NCBI GenBank assembly: GCA_965113315.1
Contig: OZ220372.1
DNA from: Podarcis vaucheri
Lineage: Eukaryota
Length of the DNA: 64,000 nucleotides
Reading direction: 5' to 3' (one strand)
The position numbers were made by a program, and so were the translations under genes. Positions 1 to 13,440 of the stretch are shown piece by piece. The notes under the pieces were generated by a model. That model saw nothing but the letters and a program-made list of their open reading frames with translations. It was not told the origin of the DNA and ran no database searches. Positions within the stretch are counted from its first letter, which is position 1. Each line of letters begins with the position of its first letter.

Positions 1-379
1 GTACTGGATTCTATGTCTGATGCTAAACTTTATTACCAAGTTGACCACATTCATAAGAAACATGGTCTTCCTAGAACATCTTCAAATAACTGAATCTGTT
101 CCCCCCCACCCAAGATTATACTAAATGACAAAAGCAGATATCTGGATTCTTCAATTATGATTTCAGTATAATACCTCCTTTGAGATTTTTTTTTACAGTC
201 AAGTAGTATATAAAATTATGAGTTAAATGCAATAATAAATACCAGGCCAAGAAAAATGCATATACCGAACTTATAAAGCTATTTTCATTTTCATCAGTTG
301 AATAGAGAAAACGTAATAAATGGATTGTCCTTCAGTTTCTATTGTGTTAATATTAATATGATTAATATTAATGATTCAG

Positions 380-532
380 ATACATTAGTATGTCTGGTCT
401 CAATGGACATCCAGATGTTTGGATCAGATGCACTCGGGGCAGTAAAACTTGTCGAACATCAGAGTACGAGCCATCTACTCTCCGATATCAGGCAGCAGCA
501 AGTGGAGCAGGTTCCATCACATACTACCCCAG
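380..532 (+). CDS. ARID2: ARID2 coding exon (approx. exon 11), [15 protein letters not shown]...SHTTP
   Basis: ttcag| acceptor and G|gttagt donor; peptide matches recalled ARID2 [19 protein letters not shown]; phase 1 to 1. Confidence 0.93.
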
Positions 533-976
533 GTTAGTATTGCTGTTGCTAAACAAATTTTATATAAATTATATTGTATAGTGTTCACCTTTTACTGCAT
601 TGGTGGGGATCCTCCAGCCCGTGGACCTAATTAGGCTAGCCAGGCCTCCCAGTTGGGCACACCAGGCCACTTTGAACTAGCTACACCCATCTGTTAATTC
701 ATCAGGCATCAGGTATGGGCTAGATAAAGCCATGGCTGCAAAGGAACAATTGGGAGCCTTAGAGTGTTCCTTTGGGACCCTGGCTTGCATTCAGAACTGA
801 TGGCGTTGGACACCAAATAAATGCAAGTTCCACTACCTTCAGGCAGAGTTGCTCTCAGGAAAATAGGTCCAAAATGTACGTTTGAGAAATAGTAAGGGGT
901 GGAAACTAAACAAATGAAAAGGGTGGTGAGGTGGTGGTTTAAATCCTTGACCCTGACTATTATTTCTGTTCCATAG

Positions 977-1049
977 CATCAAGAGCACCACATGTTGCTC
1001 CACCACCAGGAATAGTAGAAATTGACAGTGAAAAATTTGCATGCCAGTG
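977..1049 (+). CDS. ARID2: ARID2 exon 12, [25 protein letters not shown]
   Basis: ccatag| ... TG|gtgagt; not in the ORF track, translated by hand; frame continuous with neighbours. Confidence 0.93.
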
Positions 1050-1380
1050 GTGAGTACATAATTCAAGGATTTTAATGCTGGGAGAGAAAGCCAACCATAG
1101 GAGAATGTTTAAATTTAAAATATTTTCATTTTAAAGGTTGATGTATATTTTAGAAATAAAAATATTCTGATGTTGTTTTGAAGAAATATTAATCAGCTAA
1201 TTTGAACATTGGCTGTGTAGTAGTGCACAGCCTTTACAAGAATGGCTGAATGATACAACATTCCTTTCTATTTTAAGTGTCTTGGTTTTCAGATAAGAGC
1301 ATAAAGCATTTAATTATATCTTCACAGCAAGGGGCTTGATTTTTACTCTTGTATTAAGATGGCTGTTGTATGTTCTGCTC

Positions 1381-1522
1381 TTTCCTTTCTTCCTTTCCTT
1401 CCTTCCTTCCTTCCTTCCTTCCTTCCTTCCTTCCTTCCTTTCTTTCTTTCTTTCTTTCTTTCTTGTTACATCCCATGCTTGAATGTTTTCATAGATTTGC
1501 ACATTTTCATAGATAAGCACTA

Positions 1523-1580
<58 letters not shown>

Positions 1581-1583
1581 TGT
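1381..1583. repeat. Compound microsatellites (TTCC)n(TTTC)n and (CT)n(GT)n
   Basis: Direct reading, 1381-1464 and 1527-1583. Confidence 0.97.
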
Positions 1584-2013
1584 AGTTCAGAAATGTTTAT
1601 ATCAAGGAATCACAGCTTAGTGTGATAATTTTTGTTGAAGAAACAAAATATATTAGCCTTTACATTAGGCCACCATAGCACCATCCTATTAAATTCATTA
1701 TCATACTGTAGGACTAAGCAACTGTATAGTCTTTCTCAAGAGGTGCCATACTGTACAGACATACTGTATTGCCATATGTACAGGTGCTTACCTGGCTGCC
1801 TGTACAGGCATTCCAAAGTAATATCAAAGCCATGAAGAGACTTTATTTTGCAGGGCAGTGGAAGACATCCAAAGGCCAGCCAGTGCCCCATGGAACTGGA
1901 GTTGCATCCAGAACCTTATGCAGTGCACAGAGGCTCTGTGTCAGAAATGTAGATGTAGGAAGTGTTTCTTAAAAAGTTTGAAAAACATGGTTGCAGAACA
2001 GTAAGCCAGTTAG

Positions 2014-2196
<183 letters not shown>

Positions 2197-3092
2197 TAAG
2201 TTTAACTTATTCACAGAATAAATCACAGCCTGGGGATGTGTGGTGTTCTGCAGTTTGTATTGATTTGCAAATTTAAGGAGAAAGTGTGTTATGGATATGA
2301 CCATCTTGTATTCTTAAAGGTGGTAGTTGTTTGTATAACCATTGTTTTTGCTATTTTCAAACATTCCGTGTGGGTTTTTCATTTTATCTTAGCTATCTTT
2401 TGAAAACCCAAACCTAAAACTTGGAGCCAAGAGTCTGGGAGACCTTCCTTTGAACCTGCTGATCTATAAAAAAAGTAGCTGTGGGATGCAAGCAGCATAC
2501 TGTGCTGAAGAAATCTAGAACATTTTATAGTACTTTTTCTTTCTTGCCTTAGATTTCCACCCCGCCCTTAAATAGCAATAATTGCCGTGGCCCATATGTA
2601 CTCCATTGCCTTTTTGAAATTTTCTCAGGCTTAGAAGGCACAGTTTCCTTCCTGTGCTGTTCCCTGTTTTAGAAATAACTGGATGAAATTCAGTACTACT
2701 TTTCTTCCAGCATTCGTTTTCTGTCTCCCTCTGATCCATTCTTCTTCCCAAGTGCTCCACTGCTGTGTTCTGTTCTCCATACCAATTCCATTGCCAATGC
2801 CCACACTTCCTTGGTGCTGAAACATGAACTGATCATTGCTTACAGCAGGCTTGGTTGGGAAGCACTGATATAATCGCTACTTCAGAACCCTCACGTTTGG
2901 CAGGAAACTGAAACGTCCATCAATTGCCTTGAGGAATGGTTTTTCTGACATAGTTTACCACAATACTTAGAAAATATACTTGCATACAAAGCTAGATTTT
3001 ATGCTCAGAAGATCATTGAAAAAAGCTAGCAAAATTAATTAGTATATCACTGCTACAAATAATGTGTTTGTTTGCTTGCTTGTGTTTGGCAG

Positions 3093-3289
3093 AACTGTCT
3101 TTCCCAATCACTCAGTGAAGAGAATAGAGGATACAAATAACAATGGGCAGGCACATATTCATGTGTTAGGAGTGAAAAGGAGGGCTATACCTCTCCCTAT
3201 TCAGATGTACTATCAGCAACAACCTTCGACAACCCCTGTCCTTCGGGTTGATTCTGTTCCTGATGTAGCTCCTTCTCCTTCACCAGCAG
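3093..3289 (+). CDS. ARID2: ARID2 exon 14 ([13 protein letters not shown]...APSPSPA)
   Basis: ggcag| ... G|gtaatt; 197 nt, frame consistent. Confidence 0.95.
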
Positions 3290-3921
3290 GTAATTTATAC
3301 ACTGTGAATATTTTATGTTGAGTTTTGAACTGATTCAGAGCACAAAATGTTGGGCTGGTTCAAGTACTGCAGTATTATGTCGTATGTTGACCAAGAGTCG
3401 TGCATGTTTTGGGATTGTGCTGCCCTAGGTGGCAAGGTTGGAGTCATGCAGGGGCAGCAGCAGGAGCGTAATGCCAGTATACCTTGTCCATCAGTGAACC
3501 CACGCAGCCCCAACTTCTCCACCGCCCCATGCGGCTAAACAGGAGTGACACCCGTGTTGGGAAGGCAGGTCTGGCCACTATACATGCTGCTACCCGTAGA
3601 GACATATATACCCAGTGTGGCATGGGAACTAAGGTTACGCTCACGTGCATTCTGCCTCTTTTCTGCATCTAATCTGATGCAGTTGATTATGTATAGCCTG
3701 CCATATGATCCTTCCACTACAAAGAGAAGGCATGCAGATCATATGGGTGAGACATTCCTGCTGATGTGCAGGGCAGTACCTGACTTTCTACATGGAGGCT
3801 GAGGGGGAGCCTGTGTTCCAGAGCCATGTGCTCACTAAGCTGCCATGGAATTGTGATTTTTTTCAAAAGCAAGGTATACATGTTGTAAGTGTACTGCATG
3901 GTGGGCTGGTGTGTGAAATCA

Positions 3922-4067
3922 CCGTATTTTTCTGTCTATAAGACGCCCCCTATTTTTGGGGACTCAGATTTAAGAAAATGAGGGGAGATGTATCCGTGTA
4001 TAAGGCGCCCCCTAATTTTTGACATTTTAAAGGGAAAAAACCTAGTCTTATACACGGAAAAATACGG
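3922..4067. mobile_element. Tc2/pogo-like MITE
   Basis: TIRs CCGTATTTTTC.GT.TATAAGAC / GTCTTATACACGGAAAAATACGG; TA on the 3' side, CA on the 5' side. Confidence 0.8.
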
Positions 4068-4300
4068 TATGCAGATATACATATACACAATCCTGGAGAC
4101 AATGCTACAATGCTTTGGAAACCATTTTTCTGGGGGGTAGAGGAGATTACTTCAGCTGGTTTCCATGTTAGTTGATGTAGATAATGCAAATTATTATTTA
4201 ACAACTTAAATCGTAAGCCTGCATTTTGTAGCACACTGATGTTATCCAAAAGCAGGTCATGTGTACCTGGCAAATTGGGCATTCAGCTGGGGTGAACCAT

Positions 4301-4490
4301 AACAACAACAACAATTTTATTATTTATACCCCACCCGTCTGACTGGATTGCTTCAGGCACTCTGGGCTGCTTCCAACATATATAAAAACATGAAAAGTCA
4401 AACATTATAAACTTACTGATACATGGCTGCCTTCAGATGTCTTCTAAAAGTTCTGTAGTTCTTTATCTCCTTGCGAGGGCATTCCACACC
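4301..4490 (-). mobile_element. L2 3' tail
   Basis: (AAC)n, TTTATACCCCACCC..CACTCTGGGCTGCTT; related to the + strand tail at about 25530-25670. Confidence 0.6.
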
Positions 4491-4726
4491 ATTGTTGGCC
4501 CTTGGAGTTGTAAGGAGAGGAAGGGACATACATGGACACCAAGTACAGTGATAGATACTTGAACCTCTGTCTGGTATGTACAAAGTCTGTGGTTAGAGCT
4601 AACTCCAAAGCTAATTAAAAAACCATGTGTGATTAAGTTAACAAATAATACTTCTACTTTGAAATATTGCTTGCTATAATCTCAAGGTTCCCACTAATGG
4701 CCTCCCCCGCTTTATTTGGTCTACAG

Positions 4727-7599
4727 GACTCCCACATGGACCGCCAAGTGTTGGAAACTACTTTCCGAGGACCTCTATTAACAATCAGTCTTCAACTCTA
4801 ACTGCAACACAAATGTCTTTTCCTATTCAAGGTGCACCTACAGTGGTACAGACTGGCTCCAGGATACTACAGAACCCTTCAGTTCACAGTCAGCAACAAC
4901 AAAATGCTCCCATGACGGTCATACAGAATAAAGCTCCAATTTCTTGTGAAGTAGTCAAGGCCACAGTCATACAGAGCACCGTTCCCCAGTCTGCAGTTCC
5001 TGTTACTATCGCTGTAGGCGGTGGCGCACAACCTTCCAATCAGAATCCTAGCATTGCAGGGCCACAGCCCTCCGTTACTGTTGTCAGCTCTCAGACTTTG
5101 CTTCATCAACCTGTAATTCAGCAGTCCCCTTTGCACGCGGTGGTACCGGGACAAATACCCTCAGGCACTCCTGTTACGGTAATTCAACAAGCTGTACCTC
5201 AGGGCCATATATTTGGCAGAGTACAGAACATACCAGCATGCACATCAGCTGTTTCCCAGAGTCAACAGCTCATTACCACATCATCACAGCCAGTACAAAC
5301 ATCATCTCAGCAGTCCACAGCTGGTAACCAGCAACAAGACACGGTCATCATAGCCCCTCAGCAGTATGTCACAACTTCATCTTCCAATATAGTTACTGCT
5401 ACTACAGTTCAGAATTTCCAAGTTGCTGCTGGACAGGTGGTTACGATCGCTGGCGTCCAAAATCCACCGACATCTAGAGTAGGGTTTCAGAACATTGCAC
5501 CAAAGCCCCTCCCTTCTCAGCCCGTTCCCGCAACAGTGGTACAGCAGCCCATGCAGCCGTCGCAGCAACAGCAGCCTCCGCCACCTCAGCAAAGTGTCGT
5601 GATCGTAAGCCAGCCAGCTCAGCAAGGTCCAACGTACGCACCAGCCATTCACCAAATTGTTCTTACCAATCCCGCTTCGATACCCACTGGCCAAGCTGTC
5701 CAGTTGGGTGGGCAGCCAAACCTAACCCCAGCTTCCTCCCCGTCACCTGGACCAATTTCAAATAATCAAGTCCCTACCGTAATATCCTCTCCACCGCTCA
5801 CCCCGCAAACGCAAGGACCCCCTCCCACGGTCAGCCAGATGCTTTCTGTGAAGAGGCAGCAGCAGCAGCAGCAGCATTCACCAGCACCGTCCCAGCCACA
5901 GATACAAGTCCAGCAGCAACAGCAGGTACAGATGCAAGTTCAGTCGCAGCAAAATAACCCAGCAGTGGGCCAGCCTCCTCCTAGTGAGTCAAGCCTGATA
6001 AAACAGCTGTTGCTTCCTAAGCGAGGCCCCTCGACACCCGGGGGCAAGCTAATTCTCCCAGCGCCGCAGATTCCTCCTCCAAACAACGCAAGAGCTCCCA
6101 GCCCTCAAGTGGTTTATCAGATGGCAAATAACCAAACACCAAGTTTTGGAGTTCAAGGGCAGTCTTCGGCTCAGCCACTCCTAGTTGGACAGCAAAACGT
6201 TCAGTTGGTGCAGAGTGCAATCCAGCCCCAAGGAACAGTCCAAACAGTTCCCATTTCCAATTTACAAATATTGCCAGGCCAGTTGATCTCAAATAGTCCA
6301 GCGACCATTTTCCAAGGGACTTCTGGCAATCAGGTCACCATAACAGTTGTGCCAAATACTAGTTTTGCTACGGCAACTGTGAGTCAGGGAAATGCGATCA
6401 TTGCTCCAGCTGGAATTGCGGTGAGTGGCACTCAGGCAGGAGTTGGGCTGCAGGTGCAAACGCTTCCACCTACCCAGGCACCTCTAGCCGGACAATCGTC
6501 ATGTTCTGCTGCTGCTCCCCCGTTCAAAGGAGACAAAATCATTTGCCAAAAGGAAGAAGAAGCAAAGGAGGCAACAGGTTTACATATTCACGAGCGTAAA
6601 ATTGAGGTCATGGAGAACCCTTCTTGCCGAAGAGGAGCTGCAAACACCAGCAACGGCGATGCAAAGGAAAACGAAACACAAGCGGGAAGTCTTCTAAACG
6701 GAAGAAAACATGACTCCAGTCTACCTCCAGCTAACTCAGGGAAAACTCAGAATGAGGCCAATCAGTTCTCGCAGGTCAGTAATGGACCGTCGTTAGACTT
6801 GGGTGAAAATGGAGCTCTTGGAAAGCAGAACTCTGAGCAACCGGAAACGCAGGAAATTAAAAGTGATTTGAGGAAACCCCTCGTTAATGGAATCTGTGAC
6901 TTTGAAAAAGGCGATGGTTCCCATTTAAGCAAAAACATTCCAAATCACAAAACTTCCAATCATGTAGGAAATGGTGAGATTTCTCCAGTAGAACAAGGGA
7001 ATATGGATGCCACACAACAAGATGCTGCCAAAGGTGATCAAGGGGAAAGATTTTCCAACGGACCTGTATTAGGTTTGGGTACTACGTCTGCTGTAAGCAG
7101 TACACAAGAGGCTTCAAAACTGTTAACCCAGCAACTTAGTGGTACCATTGCTGATGTACCTAATGGACCTCTAGCTTCAAGTTTGAATTCAGATGTGCCT
7201 CAGCAACGCCCAAGTGTAGTAGTTTCGCCACAGTCAACGGCCTCTGTTATACAGGGGCATCAAATCATAGCAGTTCCACACTCAGGACCTCGCGGGCCCC
7301 TGGCTCCCCTGTCATCTGAAGTTCGGTCGACTAATGGCACAGCAGAATGCAAAACTGTAAAGAGGCCAGCAGAGGATAACGATAGGGAAAATGTTCCAGG
7401 AATCCCAAATAAAGTAGGAGTTAGAATTGTTACAATCAGTGACCCTAACAAGGCTGGCTGCAGTGCAACTATGGTTGCTGTGCCAGCTGGAGCAGATCCA
7501 AGTACTGTAGCAAAAGTAGCAATAGAAAGTGCTGCTCAGCAAAAGCAGCAACAGCAACAGCAACATCCAGTACCATACATGCAAAGTATGGTCACACAG
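4727..7599 (+). CDS. ARID2: ARID2 large exon 15, Q/P/V-rich low-complexity region
   Basis: ctacag| ... CAG|gtaggt; contains most of the 939-aa ORF; motifs [32 protein letters not shown]. Confidence 0.97.
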
Positions 7600-10217
7600 G
7601 TAGGTCCAGAGTCTCGTTTTTACTTATTTTAGCTACCCAACTCTCTCTCTCTCTCTCTCTGTCTATGTGTGGTGTGTGTGTAGAGATGTACAAATTCCAC
7701 TTTTGCATCATTTTGCTTGGAAATGTTAAGAAAACTGTTTTGTACATTCATATACTGATGTGGTATCACTCGCTGTTATTGTTTAAGCAATGGGAGTATA
7801 GTACAGCTTAAATTCACTGAAATGATCTGCAGTCTATCAGGATATAATTTGATTATGCACAGGCAAACCTTTTGTATTCACTTATTTTATTGTGGGTTCT
7901 CTTCTGAAAACTGAGTGATGTTTCCTTGCATTTTACAGTTTTAACGTGATTTTGTTCCTGCATATGTCGCATTCAAGGCTGTGTTTTGCATCTTAATGCC
8001 TCTATTTGCAATTGATGTCTTATTTATGCAGCATGTATACTTTACATATGCCTTATGCAGCTTTGTATAAAACAAACATGTAACTAAGGGATATATTAGC
8101 AAGGTTTTTTCCTTTTTGCATAAAGATTAATTACAAAAATTGGAGGATTATTGAAATGGTTAGACATTTGAGCATGAAATGGATAGTATCAGCTCTTCAT
8201 CAGTAGATGTACTGTCTCTTCACTGGATCAAAAAATATCACTTTTCCTACTACTTCACCTGCTATATATATTGTTAATTATCTTCATTTTGACGAAAGCA
8301 ATATGTATGTGACATTACCTCCAGTTATTTTTGGGTCCTTATGTTCAACAATAGAGCTGCAGTACTGAAAGTAAAACTGCTAGCTTTCCCCTGATGTGCG
8401 CATTTTGTTGGTGGTGTGCTAGAGAGACATTTGCAGCTTTAAAAACTCCTGAGATGAATATATAGCTCACCTACTGTTCCACAGTAGAGGATTTATCTGG
8501 GAGAAATATGTTTCTCATATCAAAAGAGCACATTCATATGCTTTTTTAGATTGTATCAATTTAATCTATTTATATCCCACCTTATAAAAAATTAAATAAT
8601 ATTCAATCATTCCAAAACTATACAACAAAAACAGCAGAAAATCAAATCTCTAGCAAAGCCATCATTAAAATGAATAACATGACAAACAGGAATTAGAAAA
8701 AGGGGGAAAGCCTTGAAGCCATGTCCAAAATGAAGTTCGGAAGAAAACATAGTGAAATCTTAGGGAGTGGGTCACTTGATTGTGGAAATTCAGCATACAC
8801 ACATTTTAGATGCATTAAAAGAAACTGTCTAGTTTTATTCAGTTTCTCCACAGCCAAGTTGCCAAAAAAGCAACAACTGGAAATGGGATAGAAGCAGGCC
8901 AAGTTTGGCACTTTTCTGTTGCATTGATTTCAGCGAGAGAGGGCATAGGTTTTTAAGCAGCATTGATTTCCGTGGAAAAGCGCTAAGCTTTGGCTGAATT
9001 GTGCCTTTCTGCAGACTATAATATGAATGATTGTATAATTACAAATGGGTGTGCCCATAATGTGCAAATTTATTCACCTCTGTTCTGTTGTATATATCAT
9101 CAGGATCATCCACAGAGCACTTATGGGTGATCTTGTACATCTCTTTTTTACCCTCCAACTTCCTGAGCTCTGCAGCATGTTCAGTTTTCGGATTTGAAAT
9201 ATTTGTAACTCTACTAGCCAAACAGCATGGATATTTATTGTTATTTATTTTTGTCCACCGGCAGTGTCTCTGTTTTGTCAGGATGCAGCGTCAGTAAGTT
9301 GGCCCCCACCTATTATTCCTCCAGGTACAAGTTCAGCATTGACACAGCTTCATCCAGTTCACATCCAAAGGAGAAATGGAGCATATTTCACTCACATATC
9401 GGCAACACTGATCTTGCTTTGTGTCCTTCTCTTGGCAAGAGCCAATAGAAACGCTGTATCTAAGCAGATACAATTCCGCAGTCCATGTGGGATATGTGAC
9501 CAGAGATATGAATTACATTCCTAAGTTGTATCAGTGCTTTGTTAGTTGTAAGTCAATAATGTTTTAATGGTGTCAATCCACTCAACCATGAAAGGCAACC
9601 TGTCCACTGGTACCAGTTGTGCCTATAACACACAGCTTTGGGGAAATCTGGGGTGCTTTCTAGGTAGCGGCCTCAGTTCACATACAGTGGACTCTCCTGC
9701 ATCCCCCAGGATCCTCTTGAACAGGCAGGAGTTTTTTGATGGATGTGTAGATATTCCATGGAGGCAAGTCAGTGCCAAAAGCATTCCCTAAATGTGGAAA
9801 AATGGAAAGCTACTCAAACAGAATGTGGTATGTGAATTCACGCACAAAAGGGAAAGTCCCCTACTACATGCATTGCACTGCTCTGCTCTCATAGCCCTTC
9901 ACCGGTTGAATATCTAATTTGTGCTGCTGGAGGGAAGAGTGATGCTGGACTGAAGAGTGGGCAATCTCCACATTGGAACAAGCACCATGTACATGCCTTC
10001 AGTAGTTGGAAGCCAGGAATTCATTAATTTACATCCCTGCTCCCAGCAACTTGTTTTTGTATGTTTGTGGATCACGCTTCATGGGATGGGGACAAAGGTA
10101 TCAGAAAGCTTGAAAAAAGATCTACCCTAGCACAAGAAGAAAAAATATTTTTAGTAAGGATTTTTCTCAGTCTTGAATTTCAGTGTCTATCCCATTAATT
10201 GGACCAGTACCTTAGTC

Positions 10218-10410
10218 TAGGGGTTCCCAAACTGTGGTCCATAAGCTTCATTCAAGTGGTATGTGGTTTGTCTGTAAAAATGCAGTTAAATATCACACAG
10301 CATCAGCACATTATAATTACCAGAAAAGGCTGAAAAATCATTAAGTGGTGCAATGAACGCCTACAGCAAATTTCAAGTGGTCTGGACAGAAAACAGTTTG
10401 GGAACCAGTA
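10218..10410. mobile_element. hAT-Charlie-like MITE (old)
   Basis: GGTTCCCAAACTGT / ACAGTTTGGGAACC inverted termini; TSD not clean. Confidence 0.6.
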
Positions 10411-12852
10411 GCTAGACCATGAAAAAGAAGTTTCACAGTAATTATAATTTCATGAAAATGTACTTAAAGTTGGCTAGCAGGTGGGCTGAAAACATTCCTC
10501 TATTGGATGACATAATTATGACATCACAATCCTGTTTGTTTAGCTGCTTGTATCAAGACTACAGGTATTGAGCCAGACTATTACTATGTATCCTGCTGTC
10601 CCTTTACAAGCCACAAAATCTTGTTAAGCCCCTAAGGTGAGAAGGCTGCAATTATTAAGTGGGTAGAAAGATGAGAGAGGGCATAGAAGAGTTCTTTCTC
10701 TTGTCTGCCTCTCATTCCTTTTAGAAATGTGAAAGTCAGAAGAGGGAGGCAGGAGAGCATATGCAGAGGAGAGGAAGTGCCAGAGAAATATAATGTGTGT
10801 GTTTGGGGTCATGGTTATCTTGTTGCAGGGGGGTGGTCCCTAGGTTGAAGGACCAGAAGACAAAGCAAGGGAGATTGCTTTTGGGCTGTGGGGAGAAAGA
10901 GCTGATGGGTTGAAGCTCCTCCTCTTTCTTCGGAGCTGAAGCAATGCTTGAATTCGATAAGGATTCCTTTCTTTTAGAAATAAGGGTGCCAACTACTGTG
11001 GAATGCCTGTTCTTTAATTCTAAGGCTGCAGTAGTTCACTGATAAAAGAACTCTGTGCATGCTCAGCGTGATTCATAGCTATTGTAAATATTACAGGAGC
11101 CATCCCTGGGACTTTCCCCTCTCTCTGCATTTTTTAGTTCTCCTGCCTGTAATCATACTAATTACTTCACCAATCGCTATAGGGACCGCAACTGCTATCC
11201 TCTCTTGCATAGTTTGCATTAAAATATGGTGAAGCTGGGTGGAACTGTGAATTGCAAGTGTTTGTGAACCTAAAATGTTGGAAGATATGTTCCTCATTCA
11301 GGAAATGTTTGTATGTGTGGACATATTTTGGAACCTTTTCTGCCTGAAAGTATTACTAGGTCGGGGGGGGGGGGATGGCCTGCAGTGTAACAGCAGATGA
11401 CAATGATAGCGTCAGTAGGAGATTTCTCAGTAACAATGATGCCTTAATCATGTTTGCTATAGCAGGGCAGCATTTTCAGTCTGCCTCCAGGATTAAAGTT
11501 TCTTGACAACTTTAAAGTGCATTTTTCTGAAACCTCTAAGAGCTACAGTACTGACTGTTGTTCCACTACCTATTGAACGACTGATTGATGACTGACACTG
11601 AAATCTGAGTTACAGGAAATACCATTATTGTGGTTATTGTATAAGGATATTGGGCTCAGCTACATTCCCCATTCCTTTTCTGTTTTGTTGTTGTATTATA
11701 TTTTTTTAAATGCCAAAATGTTAGCATTTTCTTGTTTATAGACAATAGTTCCAGAGAAAAGTCTGCAGTCGAAGACTTGTGGAAACTGACTTCCTTAGTT
11801 TCTTCCCTTCACCCTGAAAAGCCTCTCTGGAGAGTTGGGTGCCCCACTGAATTGGGTGATTACCACACACTGATGGTGCCCCTCCCCAATTCTCAGGAGT
11901 TCCCCCCCTCACACATACCTTTGACCTTATTGCACCTCAGCCCAGTCATATTCAGTAGGGTCTCCTTACTCTCAGGAGAGCCTTATTGTGGAGAGGACAG
12001 AGAAATAAAATATTTAAATAAATACATGATTTGCAAGTTTTGGTGAAAGTAACAAAGATTCCTTTATTCTTCTGTAATTGACACTAAGCAGAAATGAAAC
12101 AAATTTAGATTTTTTATTTGTATTTTAGTAAAAGAGGAGTTTGATAAGTAAAAGTAGGGTTGTTGTTGTTGTTTTAAAAAATGTATAGATGATGTCTCAG
12201 AAGTACTCTTCTAACCATTCTAATTTGTGAGACTTTTGTAAAAAATGTTCTGTGTACAAAAACATAGCTTGTAGTGCCTCCCCATCCGCTTGTGTAACTA
12301 TGCTTACTAGATACTTGTAGAGTTAGAACAACTTCTCAAATAAATCATCTCAGTGTTTGTGTTATGTAGCAAGCCCCTATTACCTACTGAGAGCATCTCC
12401 AAAATGTTTATTGTTTCTAAATAACTGTGCGAGTTTGTGTATATTCTGTTAATACACCCAAGTGATCTGAATTGCAAATTTTCATCTTGATCATAGATGA
12501 CTTTTTGAAACTTCTTGTTTTATGTTCTACTGCTTCAGATAACTTTTGACTGTCAATTTATTTATTGTGTTCCTATTGCTTGTAGCGTGATGGCCCTTAT
12601 CCTATTTTATCTGTATGTTAATATGATAAAACTCCTGTCTCTCTCTCCTGCCTTATGTTATGACATGCCCTTGGGTTGTTCTTTACATGGATTACATCAG
12701 CCCTGTTCCAGTGAAATTCCAACTGTATTGTTTGTTGGTATGTTTGTTTGTTTAAAAGTATTTGCAAAATGCTTCATGGCCATATCCTCACAAAATGATA
12801 CTCAAGGAAGGAGTGATAACGATAAATAATGGCTATAACAGATAGTATTCAA

Positions 12853-12960
12853 TAATTTCTCAGGGTAGTAGGTTTGAGCCCTACGCTGGGCAAAAGATTG
12901 CTGTATTGCAGTGGGTGGACTAGATGAGCCTTGTAGTCCCTTCAAACTGTGATTCTATGA
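12853..12960 (+). mobile_element. 5'-truncated tRNA-Lys-derived SINE with CR1 3' tail
   Basis: TCTCAGGGT..GGTTTGAGCCCTACGCTGGGC resembles the tRNA-Lys 3' half; GGACTAGATGA...GTCCCTTC..GATTCTATGA resembles the CR1 terminus. Confidence 0.6.
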
Positions 12961-13084
12961 GGTTTTTTTTTCAGTTAATGTCAGGCAGCAGCTCCAAATC
13001 CACTTTCTTAACATACTTGTGATCCCAGTTAAGGCAGTGAAGGCAAACGTCTATAAAGACCACTTCAAGACTGCGACATTAGGG

Positions 13085-13440
13085 GCAAAAAGTCAGCTGG
13101 AGCCACCATTAAGACCATCTCTCCCTTGCACTCACAAACCTAACAAATATTGACCGCGGGCAAAAAAGAAGGACCCCTGCAGCAAATCTAAGTGTTTGGG
13201 CAGGATTATAATGAGTGAAGGCAGTCCTTCAGATAACACAGCCCCAATCCATTTATAGTTTAGAAAGGTTAAACACTTTGAATTAGGCTGGAAACGTACT
13301 GATACCCAGTGCAACACACAAAATTGGTGTATGTTAACAATGAGGTAGAGGATTGGAAATGTACTCCTGTGGCCCACCTGACATTCCCCTATTGAATGAC
13401 CACCATGTTTTAATGGGGCCTGTACCCTCACCCGTGAAAT
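13085..13440 (-). mobile_element. L2 LINE fragment
   Basis: Minus-strand LHWVSVRFQPNSK-like motif. Confidence 0.55.

Noticed and set aside
1314-1625. KEGR-repeat and FLPS-repeat ORFs
   Set aside because: Translations of microsatellites
4813-7632. 939-aa ORF as a stand-alone gene
   Set aside because: It is internal exon 15 of ARID2; true limits 4727-7599 are set by splice sites
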